This document shows, in pieces, positions 61,392 to 64,000 of a stretch of DNA of 64,000 bases. The stretch comes from an uncultured Fibrobacterota bacterium (GTDB taxonomy: Bacteria > Fibrobacterota > Chitinivibrionia > Chitinivibrionales > FEN-1185). The translations under genes were made by a program, and so were the position numbers. Location: positions 1 through 64,000 of the forward strand of contig CAVWBU010000023.1 in the NCBI GenBank assembly GCA_963753345.1, written 5' to 3'. How positions within the stretch are numbered: position 1 is the first letter of the stretch; every line of letters begins with the position of its first letter. The notes beneath the pieces were generated by a model. It was not told the DNA's origin. It did no database searches and saw only the letters and a list, made by a program, of their open reading frames with translations.

Positions 61392-63227
61392 ATGAAACTT
61401 GACAATCCCCTCGTCCAAAAAATATTGATCTTTCTTATCGGGCTGATTGCCTGGGGAAATGTGGCCAATTTCGGATTTGTTTGGGATGACACCAGTTATA
61501 TCGTGTATAACCAATCGATAAAAAGCCCGGCAAATGTGCCGCGATATTTCTTCGACATCTCCACAATGTCCCAGGGCAAGGATGGCGCGCTCGCCGCTGT
61601 CTTCAGGCCGTTGCGGAACGTTTCGTACTTTTTCGATTACGCCGTTGCGGGGCTTAACCCGGTTTGGTGGCACGTTCATAACCTGCTGCTGCATCTGATT
61701 GCCGTATTCCTGGTGTATTACATTTTGCGTCGGCTGATCGGCGGGCGCTACGCGGCCTTTCTCGGATCTCTTGTGTATCTTCTGCATCCGGTGCAGGTCG
61801 AAGCAGTAGCGTGGATAAAGGGCCGGGACGACCTTTTGTCAATGCTGTTTATACTGTCGGCATTTACCGTATGGATCAAGTCGGTGCGGTTTACCCTCTT
61901 TCGAATCGCACTTCTCTGCATGCTTTTTCTCTGCGCCTGTCTTTCGAAAGAACAGGCCATTGTTCTTCCGGTTCTGCTCTGCTTGTATGAAATTCTGCGG
62001 GCACCGCGATTGTGTGAAAATGGCGTCTGGGTTCGGAACCTGATGCTCTCAAAAAAGACATGGGCCCTGTGCGCCTTGTTCATCATTGCCGGGGGATACC
62101 TGGCATGGCGCACCACGGTTATGGGGAAAATCGGACAAGGGGCCTATCTTGCAGGGGACCTGTATTCAACGATGCTTACGATGATACGGGTGGCGGTTTA
62201 CTATGTCAGGCTTGTTGTATATCCGGTCCATTTTTTTGTTGATTACGCGTGGATTACCCCGTCCCATTCATGGTATGAATGGCGGGTGCCGGCCAGCGCG
62301 TGCATCCTTGCCATTATCGGCGCTGCGGCATTTTTGGTGCGGAAGAGGAACTTCTATTCCGCGTACGGCGTGCTATGGTTTTTTGTCTGCCTTCTGCCGG
62401 TTTCCAATATTGTTCCGACAATGCAATATATGGCCGAACGGTTTTTATATATGCCACTGTTCGGCGTCGCCTTGCTCTTTGCCGATGTCGTCAAGTATTG
62501 TGAACAACGGTGGCGGACCGCGACCGTGGCGGTTTCAACATGCATGGTCCTCTTTCTGGGTGTTCAGACCATACAACGCGCCTCGATCTGGCGCAGCGAC
62601 ACCACCCTTTTCGGAGCGACGGCGCGGGAAACAGGCTATCAACTTGCGCGACCGTATTTTAATTGGGTTGCGGCGCTTCTCAAGCAGGGAAAGGGCGCTG
62701 AGGCATTGCCGCATGCCCAGGCCATGTGGAAACGATACAGCGCCTCCAGCAGCATCAGCAAACTCCAGCTTTCCGGTCTGGCGCACAATCTCGGCGCGGC
62801 ATATTTATTATGTAACGACGTGAGCAATGCCCTGGTTTTTTTTCATATCGCCTATGCCACGGACTCAGCCAATGCGTACAACGCGCTGTGCGTCGGGCTC
62901 GCTGAGGAAAAGGCAGGCAATGCCGAGTCGGCCCTCAAATTTCTTGACAGAAGCTTGAAACTTGAACCCAATAATTCCAATGTTTTATTTCAGCGCGGTC
63001 TTGTCCTCAAGTCCCTTCGAAATTATGCGGGAGCGGAAAATGCGTTTCGCGCAAGTCTGGCGATCACGCCGAGCGAGGAAACCGTCTATTGCGCTTTGTT
63101 CGACCTGCTGTATGAGCAGAAGAAGTTCGCCGAAGCCGAAAAGGTCATAAAAGACGCACGAGCGCGATGGCCTGCAGACAGCAATCTTGCGGAAAAAGAA
63201 AAAGCGCTGCAGTCGGCCGGGCAGTAA
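61392..63227 (+). CDS. TMTC-like GT-C membrane glycosyltransferase with TPRs
   Basis: FVWDD, FRPL, HPVQVEAVAWI..R, SKEQA and AERFLY motifs; C-terminal TPRs. Confidence 0.85.
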   Translation: MKLDNPLVQKILIFLIGLIAWGNVANFGFVWDDTSYIVYNQSIKSPANVPRYFFDISTMSQGKDGALAAVFRPLRNVSYFFDYAVAGLNPVWWHVHNLLLHLIAVFLVYYILRRLIGGRYAAFLGSLVYLLHPVQVEAVAWIKGRDDLLSMLFILSAFTVWIKSVRFTLFRIALLCMLFLCACLSKEQAIVLPVLLCLYEILRAPRLCENGVWVRNLMLSKKTWALCALFIIAGGYLAWRTTVMGKIGQGAYLAGDLYSTMLTMIRVAVYYVRLVVYPVHFFVDYAWITPSHSWYEWRVPASACILAIIGAAAFLVRKRNFYSAYGVLWFFVCLLPVSNIVPTMQYMAERFLYMPLFGVALLFADVVKYCEQRWRTATVAVSTCMVLFLGVQTIQRASIWRSDTTLFGATARETGYQLARPYFNWVAALLKQGKGAEALPHAQAMWKRYSASSSISKLQLSGLAHNLGAAYLLCNDVSNALVFFHIAYATDSANAYNALCVGLAEEKAGNAESALKFLDRSLKLEPNNSNVLFQRGLVLKSLRNYAGAENAFRASLAITPSEETVYCALFDLLYEQKKFAEAEKVIKDARARWPADSNLAEKEKALQSAGQ

Positions 63228-63446
63228 CCAGGTGAAATCCGGCGGAAGGATTTGACCGTACGGGTGGACAGTCGGGTGTGTGACAACTATCTGTTAATCC
63301 CTGTGCCACGATCATCCTTGATCGTGCAGCGTCCGTAAAGGGTCCAGTCGAGGACGACGGTGGCACATAATTTGTTATTTTAGGTTTTGAAAGGCACCGG
63401 TGTGACATAGTGATAAAGTCACAAAGTAGCAGTAAGTGCATGGTAC

Positions 63447-63574
63447 CACTGCTCTCCATGGGTGCCCCCGCAGCAGAGCATGGTTTCGTAACTACTCTCT
63501 CTAGGGGTGCACCCAGGAGGAGGTAGCGAAAGACCGGCCGCAGGCCGGGCTGAAGCGAGGGGGAGACTTCCCCC
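63447..63574 (-). repeat. Solo B module (copy 10)
   Basis: Shares the extended tail AGTAAGTGCAT(A/G)GTACCACTG with copy 6. Confidence 0.9.
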
Positions 63575-63587
63575 TCCAAGTGAATTT

Positions 63588-64000
63588 CTATTTAACTACT
63601 ATGAACCTCACACACGCTGTCTCCTTCGCACTTGTCACCCTGACCACGTACACCTGATTTCCCGCGTTTCGATTTTCATCAAATTGCCAGATCACCCTGC
63701 TCTCCCCTGCGCTGCCGCGCGTTTCCCAGACCGTGCGGCCTTTCATGTCGCATACGACAAGCAGGTAGGGCGCGGGACGGCGCAGCGCAACGGCAAACAC
63801 CGCCCGGCCTCCGGTCGCGCTTGACAGCCGCACCCAAGCGGAGGAAGAAGCGAAACCGTGATTGACATTCTCAACCACGCCGCTGCCAGCGCCCGTGAGC
63901 GGGTGCGGATAGGTGTAGGGCGTGTAGTTGGGCATGGCGCTGTTGTAGAAATCGCGGCCCTCCTTGATGCGCCAGGGGTTCGTGCTGGTGAGCTTGGCAA
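63588..64000 (-). CDS. 3' end of a secreted protein with C-terminal Ig-like tail, partial
   Basis: ...EGRDFY...YTPYTYPHPL, then DMKGRTVW...VYVVRV; open to the window edge. Confidence 0.7.
   Translation of the reverse strand, partial: AKLTSTNPWRIKEGRDFYNSAMPNYTPYTYPHPLTGAGSGVVENVNHGFASSSAWVRLSSATGGRAVFAVALRRPAPYLLVVCDMKGRTVWETRGSAGESRVIWQFDENRNAGNQVYVVRVTSAKETACVRFIVVK

Overview
A GC-rich bacterial chromosomal segment. The C-terminal Ig-like tails on its secreted CAZymes and its gene content suggest Fibrobacterota (Chitinispirillia/Chitinivibrionia-like); this is inference. It carries about 47 genes. Envelope and core genes include fumarate hydratase subunits, nadD, bamD, a fused lptF-lptG, murJ, a PBP and several glycosyltransferases. 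A sigma54 nitrogen cluster contains ptsN-like, a NifA-like activator, a stand-alone Fis-HTH, amtB, P-II and a putative porin. There are also secreted glycan-active proteins, a giant Listeria-Bacteroides repeat protein and signalling proteins. A 2.9 kb ATPase + AbiE toxin-antitoxin islet is bounded by a 23-bp direct repeat. The main unexplained signal is a dispersed bipartite structured intergenic element, with 9 'B' modules and 7 'A' modules always ordered B then A when paired. It shows compensatory base changes, GNA-triloop hairpins, variable 19-35 nt loops, nested REP-like palindromes and subtype shuffling, and one copy brackets two AT-richer cargo genes. No transposase, integrase, CRISPR, tRNA or rRNA was seen. 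Single-base frameshifts in otherwise intact genes point to unpolished long-read assembly error.
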